DNA of 64,000 nt, from assembly GCF_013004595.1 (NCBI RefSeq), contig NZ_JABEMC010000004.1, forward strand, positions 1 to 64,000, in the 5' to 3' direction. This DNA comes from Brevibacterium luteolum (GTDB lineage: Bacteria; Actinomycetota; Actinomycetes; Actinomycetales; Brevibacteriaceae). Below, one piece after another: positions 8,637 through 19,209 of this stretch. The first letter of the stretch is position 1; the number at the start of each line of letters is the position of its first letter. The notes below the pieces were generated by a model. That model had not been told where the DNA came from. It did not search any database and saw nothing but the letters and a program-made list of their open reading frames with translations. Position numbers and translations under genes: made by a program.

Positions 8637-10165
8637 GGCCGGACCTCTGCTGCGCTCCCGTTCGGGCGGGTCAGCGTCTGCGCGGCGGCTGCTGCACGCA
8701 GCACTGCGGCGGCCTTGTTGCGCGATTCCTGATCTTCCGAGGCGGGCACGGAGTCCGCGACGACTCCGGCACCGGCACTGACGGAGATGCGCCCGTTGCG
8801 GATGACGCCGGTGCGAATCGCGATGGCGACGTTGAGGTCGCCGGTGAAGGACAGGTACCCAACTGCTCCGCCGTAGACTCCGCGGGCGACGGTCTCGTAG
8901 TCGTCGATGAGCTGGAGGGCGCGCGGCTTCGGCGCCCCGGACAGCGTGCCGGCGGGAAACACCGCCGAGAGCACATCGATGCCGTCGACATCGTCATCGC
9001 AGGTGCCGACGACGGTCGAGCCGATGTGCATGATGTGGCTGTAGCGCTCGATCTCCATGAAGTTCACGACATCGACGCTGCCGGGCCGGCAGACCTTGGA
9101 GAGGTCGTTGCGGGCCAGGTCGACGAGCATGAGGTGCTCGGCGCGCTCCTTCTCGTCGGCCAGCAGCTCGGCTGCCAGCTGGCGGTCCTCCTCGGCGGTG
9201 GCACCGCGCGGCCGAGAGCCGGCGATCGGATGCGTCTCGACCTTCCCGTCGGTGACGGTGACCAGCGCCTCGGGTGAGGAACCGACGATCGCCATCGGGG
9301 TCCCGTCGGGGGTTGGCACGTCGAGCAGGTACATGTACGGGCTCGGGTTGAAGGTGCGCAGCAGCCGGTAGACATCGAGCGGGTCGGCCGTGCACTCGGC
9401 TTCGAAGCGCTGGGAGAGGACCACCTGGAAGACGTCGCCGTCGACGATGTTGCCCTTGGCCCGTTCGATCATCTGCAGGTAGTCGTCGCGGTCGGTGCGC
9501 GAGGAGACCTGCGGTTCGGCCCGGTCGTACCAGGCGACGTCGGACTCCAGCGGTGTGGCGAGCTCGGCCAGCATCGCCTCGAGGCGCTGGCAGCCGGCGT
9601 CATAGGCGTCGTCGACGCCGCTGTCGAGTCCGTTGACGTTGACGACGTTGGCGACCAGGGTCACCTCAGAGGTGTAGTGATCGTAGATGGCGACGTCGCC
9701 GGGGACCGAAAGGCTGAGTTCGGGGACCGCGTCGACGGGTTCTGGGCCGGGTCCGAGGCGTTCGGTGCGGCGCACGAAGTGCCAGCCGAGGTAGCCGACG
9801 AAGGAGGAGATCATCGGCGGCAGGCCGGCGTGGGGGCGTTCGATGGACAGCAGCCGCATCGTCTCGTGCAGGCCGGTGAGCACGTCTCCGCTGGTGGGCG
9901 CTCCGGCCGGGGCGGTGCCGAGCCACAGCAGCTCGCCGTCCTGCTCGGTCAGGGTGGCCACCGGGTCGCGGCCGATGAAGGAGTAGCGGTCCCACTGGCC
10001 CTGGCTGGCCGATTCGAAGAGGAACGCTCCGCTGCGGCCGGCGGCGAGCTTGCGGTACAGGCTCAGCGGCGTCTCGGCGTCGGCGAGCACGCGGGTGAAG
10101 ACAGGCACGAGCCGATGGTGTTCCGCACTGGCGCGGAACTCCTCACGTGTCGGCGAGATGTGCAT
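8633..10165 (-). CDS. trpE: Anthranilate synthase component I
   Basis: [47 protein letters not shown]. Confidence 0.95.
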   Translation of the reverse strand: MHISPTREEFRASAEHHRLVPVFTRVLADAETPLSLYRKLAAGRSGAFLFESASQGQWDRYSFIGRDPVATLTEQDGELLWLGTAPAGAPTSGDVLTGLHETMRLLSIERPHAGLPPMISSFVGYLGWHFVRRTERLGPGPEPVDAVPELSLSVPGDVAIYDHYTSEVTLVANVVNVNGLDSGVDDAYDAGCQRLEAMLAELATPLESDVAWYDRAEPQVSSRTDRDDYLQMIERAKGNIVDGDVFQVVLSQRFEAECTADPLDVYRLLRTFNPSPYMYLLDVPTPDGTPMAIVGSSPEALVTVTDGKVETHPIAGSRPRGATAEEDRQLAAELLADEKERAEHLMLVDLARNDLSKVCRPGSVDVVNFMEIERYSHIMHIGSTVVGTCDDDVDGIDVLSAVFPAGTLSGAPKPRALQLIDDYETVARGVYGGAVGYLSFTGDLNVAIAIRTGVIRNGRISVSAGAGVVADSVPASEDQESRNKAAAVLRAAAAAQTLTRPNGSAAEVRP

Positions 10166-10514
10166 CGAGCTCCCTTCCGGTGAAGCAGGTGGCTGTCTGA
10201 GTATGGCACGCCGGCCCGACCTGGTCGACGATGAGCAGGATGGTGTCGGCGTCGCAGTCGAGGGCGACCGAGCGGACCTTCTGCGTGTGACCGGAGGTCT
10301 CGCCCTTGACCCAGTACTCCTGGCGGGATCGCGACCAGTAGGTCGCCTTGCCGGTGCGCAGGGTGCGGGCCAGTGCCTCGTCGTCCATCCACGCGAGCAT
10401 GAGCACCTCGCGGCTCGTCGCCTCCTGCACGACGACCGGCAGCAGCCCGCCGCTGCCGCGTTTGAGGCGTTCGGCGATCGCCGGGTCGAGGCTGGAGTCC
10501 GGGACGCCGGTCAT
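10143..10514 (-). CDS. hisI: Phosphoribosyl-AMP cyclohydrolase
   Basis: [27 protein letters not shown]. Confidence 0.95.
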   Translation of the reverse strand: MTGVPDSSLDPAIAERLKRGSGGLLPVVVQEATSREVLMLAWMDDEALARTLRTGKATYWSRSRQEYWVKGETSGHTQKVRSVALDCDADTILLIVDQVGPACHTQTATCFTGRELDAHLADT

Positions 10515-11284
10515 CGGACGGTGATCCCGTCGGCTGCGAGGGCTTCCTTCACCTCGGCGATCGTGAAGGTGCCGAAGTGGAAGACCGAGGCGGCGAGCAC
10601 GGCATCGGCTCCGGCGTGGACGGCCGGGGCGAAGTGCTCGAGCTTGCCGGCGCCTCCGGAGGCGATGAGCGGGACGTCGACGGCTGCGCGGGCGGCGCGG
10701 ATGAGTTCAAGGTCGAAGCCCTCATGTGTGCCGTCGGCGTCGACGCTGTTGAGCAGGATCTCCCCTGCCCCGCGTTCGGCTGCCTCGCGGATCCATTCGA
10801 TGGCGTCGATGCCGGTTCCGCGGCGGCCGCCATGGGTAGTGACCTCGAATCCCGAGGCGGTGGCCGGCTGGTCTGCTGGGACCCGGCGGGCGTCGAGGGA
10901 GAGGACGAGGACCTGGCTGCCGAAGCGTTCGGCGATCTCGGTGATGAGTTCGGGCCGGGCGACGGCTGCGGTGTTGACGCCGACCTTGTCGGCGCCGGCC
11001 CGCAGCAGCCGGTCGACGTCGTCGGTGCTGCGCACTCCCCCGCCGACGGTCAGCGGGATGAACACCGTCTCCGCGCACTGGGAGACCATGTCGTAGGTGG
11101 TCTCCCGGTCGCTGCTGGAGGCGGTGACGTCGAGGAAGGTGACTTCGTCAGCGCCGAGTTCGCTGTAGCGGCGGGCGAGTTCGATCGGATCACCGGCATC
11201 GCGCAGGTTTTCGAACCGCACCCCTTTGACGACGCGGCCGGCGTCGACGTCAAGGCACGGGATGACGCGCACGGCAAGGGTCAT
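10511..11284 (-). CDS. hisF: Imidazole glycerol phosphate synthase cyclase subunit
   Basis: [44 protein letters not shown]. Confidence 0.97.
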   Translation of the reverse strand: MTLAVRVIPCLDVDAGRVVKGVRFENLRDAGDPIELARRYSELGADEVTFLDVTASSSDRETTYDMVSQCAETVFIPLTVGGGVRSTDDVDRLLRAGADKVGVNTAAVARPELITEIAERFGSQVLVLSLDARRVPADQPATASGFEVTTHGGRRGTGIDAIEWIREAAERGAGEILLNSVDADGTHEGFDLELIRAARAAVDVPLIASGGAGKLEHFAPAVHAGADAVLAASVFHFGTFTIAEVKEALAADGITVR

Positions 11285-11300
11285 GTTCGCGGGGCTCCTC

Positions 11301-12806
11301 TTACAGTCCGAGGCTGCGGTAGCGTTCGATGCGCCGGTGCTCGCGGCGGTAGGCCGGCTCGCGCATCAGCGAGATGATCTCGTACTCCAGGGTCTTCGCC
11401 ACCCGGGTGACGAACGCCTCGGGTTCGTCGGCGGCATCTGGCTGCTCGGCGATGACCCGGTCGACGATGCCGTGCTTGAGCAGCATCTCGGCCTGCACGC
11501 CCTGCTTCTGCGCCATCTCCGGGGCATGGTCGGTGTCGCGGTAGACGATCGCCGAGGCGCCTTCGGGCGGCAGCGGTGACAGCCAGCCGTTCTCGGCTGA
11601 GAGCACCCGGTCAGCTGGGACGAGTGCCAATGCCCCGCCGCCGGTCCCCTCGCCCATGATGAGGGAGACGGTCGGTGCGTCGAGGGTGGCCAGGTCGGCC
11701 AGGCAGCGGGCGATCTCTCCGGCCAGCCCGCCTTCCTCAGCGCTCTTCGACAGCGCGGCACCCGGGGTGTCGATGATCGTGACGAGCGGGATGTGCAGCT
11801 CGGCTGCCAGGGCCATGCCGCGGCGGGCTTCACGCAGGGCGGCTGGTCCCATCGGTTCGCCCGCGGCCTGCCGGCTGCGGTCCTGGCCGAGCACGATGCA
11901 CGGTGCGGTGCCGAAACGGGCGGCGGCCAGCAGCAGGCCGGGGTCCTTCTCACCCTGGCCGGTGCCGTTGAGCGGCAGCACGTCGGTGGCGCCGTGGCGC
12001 AGCAGTTCGCGCACGCCGGGGCGTTCGGGCCGGCGCGAGGCGGTGATGATGTCCCAGGCGTGGGTGTTGACCGGCATCGGGTCGGGTTCGGTGCGCGGAT
12101 CCGGCACCGGTCCCGGGACTTCGCGGGCACCCATGAGCACATTCAGGACCATGTTGACCGTCGAGGCGATCCGCTCAGGTGAGAGGACGGCGTCGATGAG
12201 CCCGTTGCGGTAGAGGTTCTCACCGGTCTGGATGCTGTCGGGGAACTTCTCGCCGTAGAGCTGCTCGTACACGCGCGGGCCGAGGAAGCCGATGAGGCTG
12301 CCGCGGTCGGCGACGGTGAAGTGGCCCAGTGATCCCCAGGAGGCGAACACGCCTCCGGTAGTCGGGTGGCGCAGGTAGACGAGGTAGGGCAGTCCGGCCT
12401 TGCGGTGGACCTTCACAGCAGCGGCGAGCTTGACCATCGTGAGGAATGCGACGGTGCCCTCCTGCATGCGGGTGCCGCCGGATGCCGGTCCGGCCAGCAG
12501 TGGGAGGCCTTCGGCGGTGGCGCGTTCGATCGCCCGGCACAGCCGTTCGGCTGCAGCGACGCCGATCGATCCGGCGAGGAACCGGAACTCGCAGGCCACG
12601 ACCGCGACGCGGCGGCCGTAGATGCGGCCCTCACCGGTGATGACGGCCTCGTCGACACCGGACTTCTGGGCAGCCTGGGCGAGTTCGGCGGCGTAGGTCT
12701 CGGAGATCCCATCAGCAGGTTCGATCGGCTCTTCGTCCCAGGAGACGAAGGTGCCGTCGTCGACGACGAGGTCGATGAGCTCCCGGGCGCTCAGCCGCGA
12801 GCTCAT
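11301..12806 (-). CDS. Fused beta/alpha acyl-CoA carboxyltransferase (AccD-AccA fusion, mycobacterial AccD3-like)
   Basis: Beta-half motifs [34 protein letters not shown]; alpha-half motifs [25 protein letters not shown]. No N-terminal zinc ribbon. Confidence 0.88.
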   Translation of the reverse strand: MSSRLSARELIDLVVDDGTFVSWDEEPIEPADGISETYAAELAQAAQKSGVDEAVITGEGRIYGRRVAVVACEFRFLAGSIGVAAAERLCRAIERATAEGLPLLAGPASGGTRMQEGTVAFLTMVKLAAAVKVHRKAGLPYLVYLRHPTTGGVFASWGSLGHFTVADRGSLIGFLGPRVYEQLYGEKFPDSIQTGENLYRNGLIDAVLSPERIASTVNMVLNVLMGAREVPGPVPDPRTEPDPMPVNTHAWDIITASRRPERPGVRELLRHGATDVLPLNGTGQGEKDPGLLLAAARFGTAPCIVLGQDRSRQAAGEPMGPAALREARRGMALAAELHIPLVTIIDTPGAALSKSAEEGGLAGEIARCLADLATLDAPTVSLIMGEGTGGGALALVPADRVLSAENGWLSPLPPEGASAIVYRDTDHAPEMAQKQGVQAEMLLKHGIVDRVIAEQPDAADEPEAFVTRVAKTLEYEIISLMREPAYRREHRRIERYRSLGL

Positions 12807-14011
12807 GGCGTCTCCTCGAGCCAGCGGCGGATCGCGTCGCCGTGCTCGTTGAGCAGCGGCGGGGCGAGGTGCTCGCGCGGGGTCGATTCGGTCTCGCCTT
12901 CGGTATCGGCGTCGAAGAACCGCAGCGGCGGGCCGGGCAGGTCGATCTCACCGAGCACCGGGTGCTCAACGGAGATCTTCAGTCCCTGCGACAGGGCCTG
13001 CTCCCACTGGTAGACCTCCTGCAGGGAGCGCACGATGCCCGATGGGATGCCGGCGGCGGCGAGCTTCTCGAGCAGCTCTTCGGCGGTGTAGTCGCGGAAG
13101 CGCTCCTCGATGACGCTGATGACTGCCGGGCGGTTGGCGACGCGCTCGGCGTTGGTCGCCATGCCCTGGGTTTCGGAGTCGATGTCGAAGGCGGCGCAGA
13201 GTTTGTGCCACAGGTTCTGGTTGCCCACCGAGATCTGCACGGCCCCGCCCTTGCAGTGGAACAGGCCGTAGGGCGACAGCGACGGGTGGTGGTTGCCGCC
13301 AGGTGCGGGGTTCTCCCCGGCGACCGTGGCGCGGGTGCCCTGGAAGGCGTGGACGCCGACCATGCCGGCGATGAGCGAAGTGCGCACGACCTTGCCGCGG
13401 CCGGTGCGCTCGCGTTCGAGCAGGGCGGCGAGCACGCCGTAGGAGCCGTAGATGCCGGAGAGCAGGTCGGCGATCGGCACGCCGACCTTCTGCATGTCAT
13501 CGGGGCCGGAGCCGGTCAGCGACATGAGGCCGGCCTCACCCTGGGCGATCTGGTCGTAGCCGGCGCGGGAGGCTTCGGGGCCGTCGTGGCCGAAGCCGGT
13601 GATCGAGAGGATCACGAGGCGCGGGTTGAGCTCCATGCAGCGTTCGGTGGAGAACCCGAGGCGGGTGAGCACGCCGCCGCGGAAGTTCTCGACGAGCACG
13701 TCGGCGCGTTCGATGAGCTGGGCGAGGACCTCCTTGTCGCCGTCGTCCTTGAGGTTGAGGGCGATGGATTCCTTGTTGCGGTTGCAGGAGAAGAAGTAGG
13801 TGGCCTGCGGGTCGTCCTCAGGGCCGACGAAGGGCGGGCCCCAGGAGCGGGAGTCGTCGCCGGAGGCGGGGTTCTCGACCTTGATGACGCGGGCGCCGAG
13901 GTCGCCGAGCATCTGCCCGGCGTGCGGTCCGGCCAGTGCGCGGGAGAGGTCGACGACGGTGTAGCCGGACAGCGGTCCGGGGCGGGTGGTGGTCTCGGAT
14001 GTGCTGCTCAT
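12803..14011 (-). CDS. Family III (CaiB/BaiF/Frc) CoA-transferase
   Basis: PLSG..VVDLSRALAGP, LGARVIKVE..GDDSR, NRNKESIALNLK, ADVLVENFR, GYDQIAQ, catalytic Asp in PIADLLSG, PPLLNEH. Confidence 0.93.
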   Translation of the reverse strand: MSSTSETTTRPGPLSGYTVVDLSRALAGPHAGQMLGDLGARVIKVENPASGDDSRSWGPPFVGPEDDPQATYFFSCNRNKESIALNLKDDGDKEVLAQLIERADVLVENFRGGVLTRLGFSTERCMELNPRLVILSITGFGHDGPEASRAGYDQIAQGEAGLMSLTGSGPDDMQKVGVPIADLLSGIYGSYGVLAALLERERTGRGKVVRTSLIAGMVGVHAFQGTRATVAGENPAPGGNHHPSLSPYGLFHCKGGAVQISVGNQNLWHKLCAAFDIDSETQGMATNAERVANRPAVISVIEERFRDYTAEELLEKLAAAGIPSGIVRSLQEVYQWEQALSQGLKISVEHPVLGEIDLPGPPLRFFDADTEGETESTPREHLAPPLLNEHGDAIRRWLEETP

Positions 14012-14145
14012 CGTCAGGCGGTTCTCCTTCGTCGTTCGGCCGCTGGCAGCCGTGCCCGGCGGCTGGTCTCAGTGTGCCCGAGGTGTCGGTGCCGCTGCGC
14101 TGTCGTCTCGCGGACGCGTGTCTGCACGGGTGGTGTCAGACCGGT

Positions 14146-14613
14146 TCAGTTGTCCGGCACATCGGGTGAGCTGTATGTGTCCACGAGTCTACGCAACCGC
14201 TCGCAGGCGTAGCGCGCCCGGTCTCCGTCTGCGGACTGGATCGCCATCACCGACAGGGTCGAACCGTCGGACAGGTCGAGGGTGACCCACGAGTCACCAC
14301 CCCGCGGGTGGAAGCTGATGGAGAGGATGCGCGTCCATTCGACCCTCGTCGTGCTGAAGATGTTGCGCACGATGAGTGCTTCGTCGGTGACAAATGCGGC
14401 GATCGCCCCGACGCGCCAGACGACGGCTCCGAAGATCACGCCCAGAGCATTCATCCAGATGATGTCGCGGGTCTTCCAGCCGGTCCAGTGCAACTGAGTC
14501 AGCCCCCAGCTCAGCAGTGCGAAGGACACGACGATCGTGATCGCGAGGAACACGGTGAGGATCCTCGTGAAATAGGGCCTGAATGGCCGTGTCTCAGATG
14601 CGGCAGGCGCCAA
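14146..14613 (-). CDS. Membrane protein with bacterial PH domain; start uncertain
   Basis: Two TM helices, then ALIVRNIFSTTRVEWTRI and WVTLDLSDG..LSVMAIQ; directly downstream of hisG. Confidence 0.75.
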   Translation of the reverse strand: MAPAASETRPFRPYFTRILTVFLAITIVVSFALLSWGLTQLHWTGWKTRDIIWMNALGVIFGAVVWRVGAIAAFVTDEALIVRNIFSTTRVEWTRILSISFHPRGGDSWVTLDLSDGSTLSVMAIQSADGDRARYACERLRRLVDTYSSPDVPDN

Positions 14614-15487
14614 TGTTCGTCACCAGGATGGCGCGTGCGCCGACTTCGTAGAGCTGGTCCATGGTCTTGTGCACGTCGCGGGCGGCGACCATGGTGCGCA
14701 CGGCGTACCAGTCGCTGTCGTGCAGGGCGGAGACGGTGGGGCTTTCGAAGCCGGGGGTCAGCGCGGTCGCCTCGGCGAGGTGTTCGGCGGCGATGTCGTA
14801 GTCGACGAGGACGTAGTCGCGGGCGACCATGACGCTTTCGAGCCGGCGCAGAAACTTCCGGGTGCCCGGGTTCGACTTCCGGTTGGAGATGACCACGGCT
14901 TCGGAGTGCAGGACCGGTTCGCCGAAGGTCTGCAGCCCGGCCATCCGCAGCGTGGTGCCGGTTTCAACCACATCGGCGATGACGTCGGCGACACCGAGTT
15001 CGATCGAGACCTCCACGGCCCCGTCGAGTTTGATGACCCGGGCTTCGAGTCCGCGCTGTGCAAGGTCGCGTTCGACCAGCGTCGGATAGCTGGTGGCGAT
15101 GGTGAGGCCCTCGAGTTCGTCGATCTCGTGGAAAGCGCCTTCGGCTCCGGCGTAGTGGAAGCGGGAGCGGGCGAAGCCCAGCGGCAGCAGCTCCTCGGCT
15201 TCGGCACCGGATTCCAGCAGCAGATCGCGGCCGGTGATGCCGAGGTCGATGAGCCCGCGGCCGACATAGACGGCGATATCGCGCGGGCGCAGGTAGAAGA
15301 ACTCGATGCCGGCGTCGACGTCGCGGTGGACGAGTCGCTTGGAGGTCGTGCGCACCTGGTAGCCGGCTTCGCGCAGCATCGTCGTCGCTGATTCGGACAG
15401 CGAGCCCTTGTTAGGCACAGCCACGCGCAGCATGCCGTCGGCCCGGACCGCCGGGATGCGGCCGGTATCGGTGATTTCTCGGCTCAC
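14594..15487 (-). CDS. hisG: ATP phosphoribosyltransferase, long form
   Basis: LRVAVPNKG, RPRDI, DLGITGRD, IATSYP, IADVVETGTTL and the C-terminal regulatory domain. GAAAGGA RBS before GTG 15487; alternative ATG at 15433. Confidence 0.95.
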   Translation of the reverse strand: MSREITDTGRIPAVRADGMLRVAVPNKGSLSESATTMLREAGYQVRTTSKRLVHRDVDAGIEFFYLRPRDIAVYVGRGLIDLGITGRDLLLESGAEAEELLPLGFARSRFHYAGAEGAFHEIDELEGLTIATSYPTLVERDLAQRGLEARVIKLDGAVEVSIELGVADVIADVVETGTTLRMAGLQTFGEPVLHSEAVVISNRKSNPGTRKFLRRLESVMVARDYVLVDYDIAAEHLAEATALTPGFESPTVSALHDSDWYAVRTMVAARDVHKTMDQLYEVGARAILVTNIGACRI

Positions 15488-15501
15488 AGCTTCCTTTCGG
15501 C

Positions 15502-15765
15502 TCACAGTTCGCGATAGACGTCGTCGAGGCTGATCCCGCGGGCGATCATCATCACCTGCAGGTGGTAGATCGCCTGAGCGATCTCACCTGCGAGTTCGAC
15601 ATCGGATTCGTACTCGGCGGCCATCCACACCTCGGCGGCCTCTTCGACGACCTTCTTGCCGATCGCATGGACTCCGGCGTCCAGCTCGGCCACGGTGGAC
15701 GAACCAGCGGGACGGGTGGCTGCTTTTTCGGTCAGTTCTGCGAACAGTTCTTCGAAGGTCTTCAC
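15502..15765 (-). CDS. hisE: Phosphoribosyl-ATP pyrophosphatase
   Basis: [10 protein letters not shown]...[18 protein letters not shown]...YHLQVMM; 87 aa. Confidence 0.95.
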   Translation of the reverse strand: MKTFEELFAELTEKAATRPAGSSTVAELDAGVHAIGKKVVEEAAEVWMAAEYESDVELAGEIAQAIYHLQVMMIARGISLDDVYREL

Positions 15766-16092
15766 ACGGCCAGGGTAATACACCACCGGCACCAGTCTGC
15801 AGAGAGTCTCAGGCGCCGCCCTACAGAGCAGAGAGGCGAAGTCCCAGCGCAGGAGCTGGAAGCAGCGGCCCCAGAGGCTGCGGCCCGCGCCCGGCGCATC
15901 CAGACGATGACGTATGAAACTGCGATCAGGAGGAAGTGAGGGGAGGATCACAGCTCCAGGCCACCGAAACCTCCTGCCGTGAGCTCGGGAGCCTGCCCCG
16001 TGCGGGATGGCGCACAGACCGGATGGTTGAGGGCAATGCCGAGGGCGGACGTACATGATCGGGGTCGACGTCAACACGACGTTCGAAGACCC

Positions 16093-16761
16093 TCAGCCGT
16101 CGGCGCAGTGCCCGGCGATCGTCTGTGCGGGTTCGCTCGGTGATGCGATCGTCTGCTTGGACTTCCTCGCCCAGTCGACGATGCCGACGATGACCATGAT
16201 GAGGAAGACGAAGTACACGATGCCGGAGAACAGCAGGCCGCCCATGATGGCCAGTGGAATCCCGACGAGGTCGACGGCCAGCCACACGAACCAGAACTCG
16301 ACGATCGCCCGGCCTTGGGCGTACATCGCCACGAGTGAGCCGATGAAGATGTAGGCGTCCGGGTATGGGTTCCACGACCAGTCGCCCCACGCCAGGATCC
16401 AGCCGAAACCGGCAGTGCCTGCGGCCAGGGCGGCGATGAGCAGTAGTCGTTCGGGCCAGGTCGCCCAGCGCACGCGGATCTCACCGGTCTCCTCCTGGGA
16501 GCGCTTCCACTGGCTCCATCCCCAGATCGCAGCGGCGACGATGACGACCTGGCGCGCGGCGTTGCCGCCGAGGCCTGCCGAGATGCTGGCCGAGAACAGG
16601 AAGATCGAGCCGGTGATCTGCACAGGCCAGGAGAAGATGTTGCGCCGCAGTGCCAGGAACACCGTTGCCAGTGCGCAGATGTTGCCGATGACATCGGACC
16701 AGGGAACGGGCTTGCCCATGAGTTCGAAGACCGGGGCGTTGAGCCACGAGATGATATCCAC
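16093..16761 (-). CDS. pnuX: PnuC-family riboflavin transporter (PnuX/RibM-like)
   Basis: Multi-TM PnuC-like sequence (DAYIFIGSLVAMYAQGR..VEFWFVWLAVDLVG) directly under an FMN riboswitch. Confidence 0.88.
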   Translation of the reverse strand: MDIISWLNAPVFELMGKPVPWSDVIGNICALATVFLALRRNIFSWPVQITGSIFLFSASISAGLGGNAARQVVIVAAAIWGWSQWKRSQEETGEIRVRWATWPERLLLIAALAAGTAGFGWILAWGDWSWNPYPDAYIFIGSLVAMYAQGRAIVEFWFVWLAVDLVGIPLAIMGGLLFSGIVYFVFLIMVIVGIVDWARKSKQTIASPSEPAQTIAGHCADG

Positions 16762-16865
16762 TTTCCGAAACCTTTCGCTCAAGGCTCCGGGGGTTGCGAC
16801 GCGTGAATAGCGCGGTGGCGCCGCGTAGGCTCAGGCACATATCGCCATCAGCTGCGCGGACGCAG

Positions 16866-16987
16866 ACGTGCTTCCTCCCATCCGGACTTTCACCGTCGGT
16901 ACTGGAATCCCACCAGTTCAGCCCCGTCGGAACGGGGGTCGCGGACTGTCACCGCCGGCTCGGACTTTCACCGACCCCGGAGCACGT
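16866..16987 (-). ncRNA. FMN riboswitch (RFN element)
   Basis: Minus strand GTGCTCCGGGGTCGGTGAAAGTCCGAGCCGGCGGTGACAGTCCGCGACCC...CCGACGGTGAAAGTCCGGATGGGAGGAAGCAC matches the RFN consensus. TATAGT -10 at 17000-17005. Confidence 0.95.
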
Positions 16988-17054
16988 ACTCCTGGTGGCA
17001 CTATAGGCTCTGGCTCACATGCGCGGCAACTTCTGTCTTGCCGCGCATGCCTGT

Positions 17055-17717
17055 TCAGCGCAGGGCGTCGAGAGCGAGTTCGCGCAGCTCTTCGATCGCT
17101 GCGCTGCGGTTTTCAGCGCTGTATACGGCGGAGCCTGCCACGAGCACATTCGCTCCGGCGGCCACAGCGCGGGCGACGGTGGTGGTCGAGACTCCCCCGT
17201 CGACCTGCAGCTGGACTTCGAGTCCGGCGTCGTCGATCGCCTGGCGCGTGCGGGTGACCTTCGGCAGGCACACGTCGAGGAATGACTGGCCGCCGAAGCC
17301 GGGTTCGACGGTCATGATGAGGATCTGGTCGAATTCGGCCAGCAGGTCGATGTAGGGCTCGATCGGAGTGGCCGGGCGGATCGCCAGCGAGGCCTTCGCC
17401 CCGAGTGCGCGGATCTCGCGGGCCAGCCGGACAGGGGCCGCGGAGGCTTCGGCGTGGAAGCTGACCGATGCGCAGCCCATCTCCGCGTAGACCTGGGCGT
17501 GCCGGTCGGCCTGCTCGATCATGAGATGTGCGTCGATGGGAATCGGCGAGACCTCACGGATCCGCTCGACGACCGGCGGGCCGAAGGTGAGGTTGGGAAC
17601 GAAGTGGTTGTCCATGACGTCGACGTGGGCCATATCGGCTGCCGAGATCGCGTCGAGTTCCTCGGACAGGCGGGAGAAGTCACAGGACAGGATGCTGGGA
17701 TGAATGCGAATGCTCAC
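17055..17717 (-). CDS. rpe: Ribulose-phosphate 3-epimerase
   Basis: [41 protein letters not shown]. Confidence 0.96.
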   Translation of the reverse strand: MSIRIHPSILSCDFSRLSEELDAISAADMAHVDVMDNHFVPNLTFGPPVVERIREVSPIPIDAHLMIEQADRHAQVYAEMGCASVSFHAEASAAPVRLAREIRALGAKASLAIRPATPIEPYIDLLAEFDQILIMTVEPGFGGQSFLDVCLPKVTRTRQAIDDAGLEVQLQVDGGVSTTTVARAVAAGANVLVAGSAVYSAENRSAAIEELRELALDALR

Positions 17718-17742
17718 CCTCCCAGCATAGAGCCTCAGCGCT

Positions 17743-19209
17743 TCAGCCGGTGCGGCGCAGCAGTGCCAGGAACATCCCGTCAGTGCCGTGCACGTGCGGC
17801 CACAGCTGCACGGCCTGCCCGGTGCCGATCGGCGCCGAGGCGAACTGGGCGGCCTCCTGGCCGGTGACGTCTGCGAGGATCGCCGGCGCGTCAAGCACCT
17901 CGACGTCCGTGCCCGAGGCGGTGAGCACCTCGGTGACGATGTCGATCGTCTCCCCGTGGTGGGGCGAGCAGGTGGTGTAGGCCACGACTCCCCCGGGTGC
18001 GGTGAGCTCGATCGCCCGGGTCAGCAGTTCGCGCTGGATGGGCTGCAGTGCCTCGACGTCCTCAGGTTTGCGCCGCCAGCGGGCTTCGGGTCGGCGGCGC
18101 AGCGCGCCGAGGCCGGTGCAGGGAACGTCGGCGAGCACGCGGGTGTAGCGGCCGAGGTGCTCGTCTGTCAGGCTGCGGCCGTCGGTGTTGAGGACGGTGA
18201 CGTCTGCGTCGATGGCGCGTACGGAGTCGCGGACGAGTTCGGCGCGGTGTGCGGAGACGTCGCAGGCGACGACTGGTGTTCCGGTGGCAGCGGCGTCTGC
18301 TGCCAGGATGGCAGTCTTGCCGCCGGGCCCGGCGCACAGGTCGAGGACCGGGCCGTCAGGTGCCGGGGCTGCGGTCAGGCCGAGGACTACGAGCTGGGAG
18401 CCTTCGTCCTGGACGCGGGCCTGTCCTGCCTGCACCTCAGGAAGTGCGTAGGGGTCTCCGGAGGACAGTTCGACGCCGAGCGGGGACAGCGCGGTGGGCT
18501 TTCCGCAGTCGGCGGCGATCGCCTCCCGGTCGGCCAGGCCGGGCAGGGCTGTCAGGCACACGCGGGCGGGCACATTGTCGGCTGCGAGCAGTGCGGTGAG
18601 TTCGCCGGCATCGCGCCCGTGGGCGGTGAGCGATCGGCGCAGTGCAGTGACGATCCAGGCCGGGTGCGCGTAGGTCAGCCCGATCTGCTCGTCGTCGCTG
18701 GCGCCTCTGGTGACGAGGTCGAGCCACTCGATGCGGGTGCGTTCGCTGATGCGGCGCATGACGGCGTTGACGAAGCCTGCGGCCTTCATGTGCTTGGTCG
18801 CCCGCATGAGACCGACGGCTTCGTTGACGGCGGCGTGGGCGGCGGTGTTCATGTCGAGCAGCTGGTGGGCACCCAGCCGCAGGGCATTGCGGGCGGGCGT
18901 GTCGAGCTTGCTGACCGGCCGGCCGGCGGCGTGGGCGATGATCGCATCGTAAAGACCGCGGCCGCGCAGGGTGCCGTAGGTCAGTTCGGTTGCCAGCCCG
19001 GCGTCGGCGGTGCTCAGCCCGGCACGGCTGAGCCGTGGGGGCAGCAGCAGGTTGGCGTAGGCGTCGTCATCGTCGACGCCGATGAGAACGTCGAAGGCGA
19101 TGCGCCTACCGGGGTTGACGCGGGTGCGGCCGTGGCTGGCACGGCGGCGTTTGACGCCGGGGCCGAGTTTGCCGGGAGCGGGTTTGCGGTCTCCGCTGGA
19201 CTCAGGCAT
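17743..19209 (-). CDS. rsmB: RsmB/NOP-family RNA m5C methyltransferase (Sun/Fmu)
   Basis: N-terminal NusB-like domain, [36 protein letters not shown]. Confidence 0.92.
   Translation of the reverse strand: MPESSGDRKPAPGKLGPGVKRRRASHGRTRVNPGRRIAFDVLIGVDDDDAYANLLLPPRLSRAGLSTADAGLATELTYGTLRGRGLYDAIIAHAAGRPVSKLDTPARNALRLGAHQLLDMNTAAHAAVNEAVGLMRATKHMKAAGFVNAVMRRISERTRIEWLDLVTRGASDDEQIGLTYAHPAWIVTALRRSLTAHGRDAGELTALLAADNVPARVCLTALPGLADREAIAADCGKPTALSPLGVELSSGDPYALPEVQAGQARVQDEGSQLVVLGLTAAPAPDGPVLDLCAGPGGKTAILAADAAATGTPVVACDVSAHRAELVRDSVRAIDADVTVLNTDGRSLTDEHLGRYTRVLADVPCTGLGALRRRPEARWRRKPEDVEALQPIQRELLTRAIELTAPGGVVAYTTCSPHHGETIDIVTEVLTASGTDVEVLDAPAILADVTGQEAAQFASAPIGTGQAVQLWPHVHGTDGMFLALLRRTG

Noticed and set aside
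10143..10514. trp attenuator or leader peptide upstream of trpE
   Set aside because: trpE overlaps hisI directly, and I saw no Trp-codon-rich leader or T-box.
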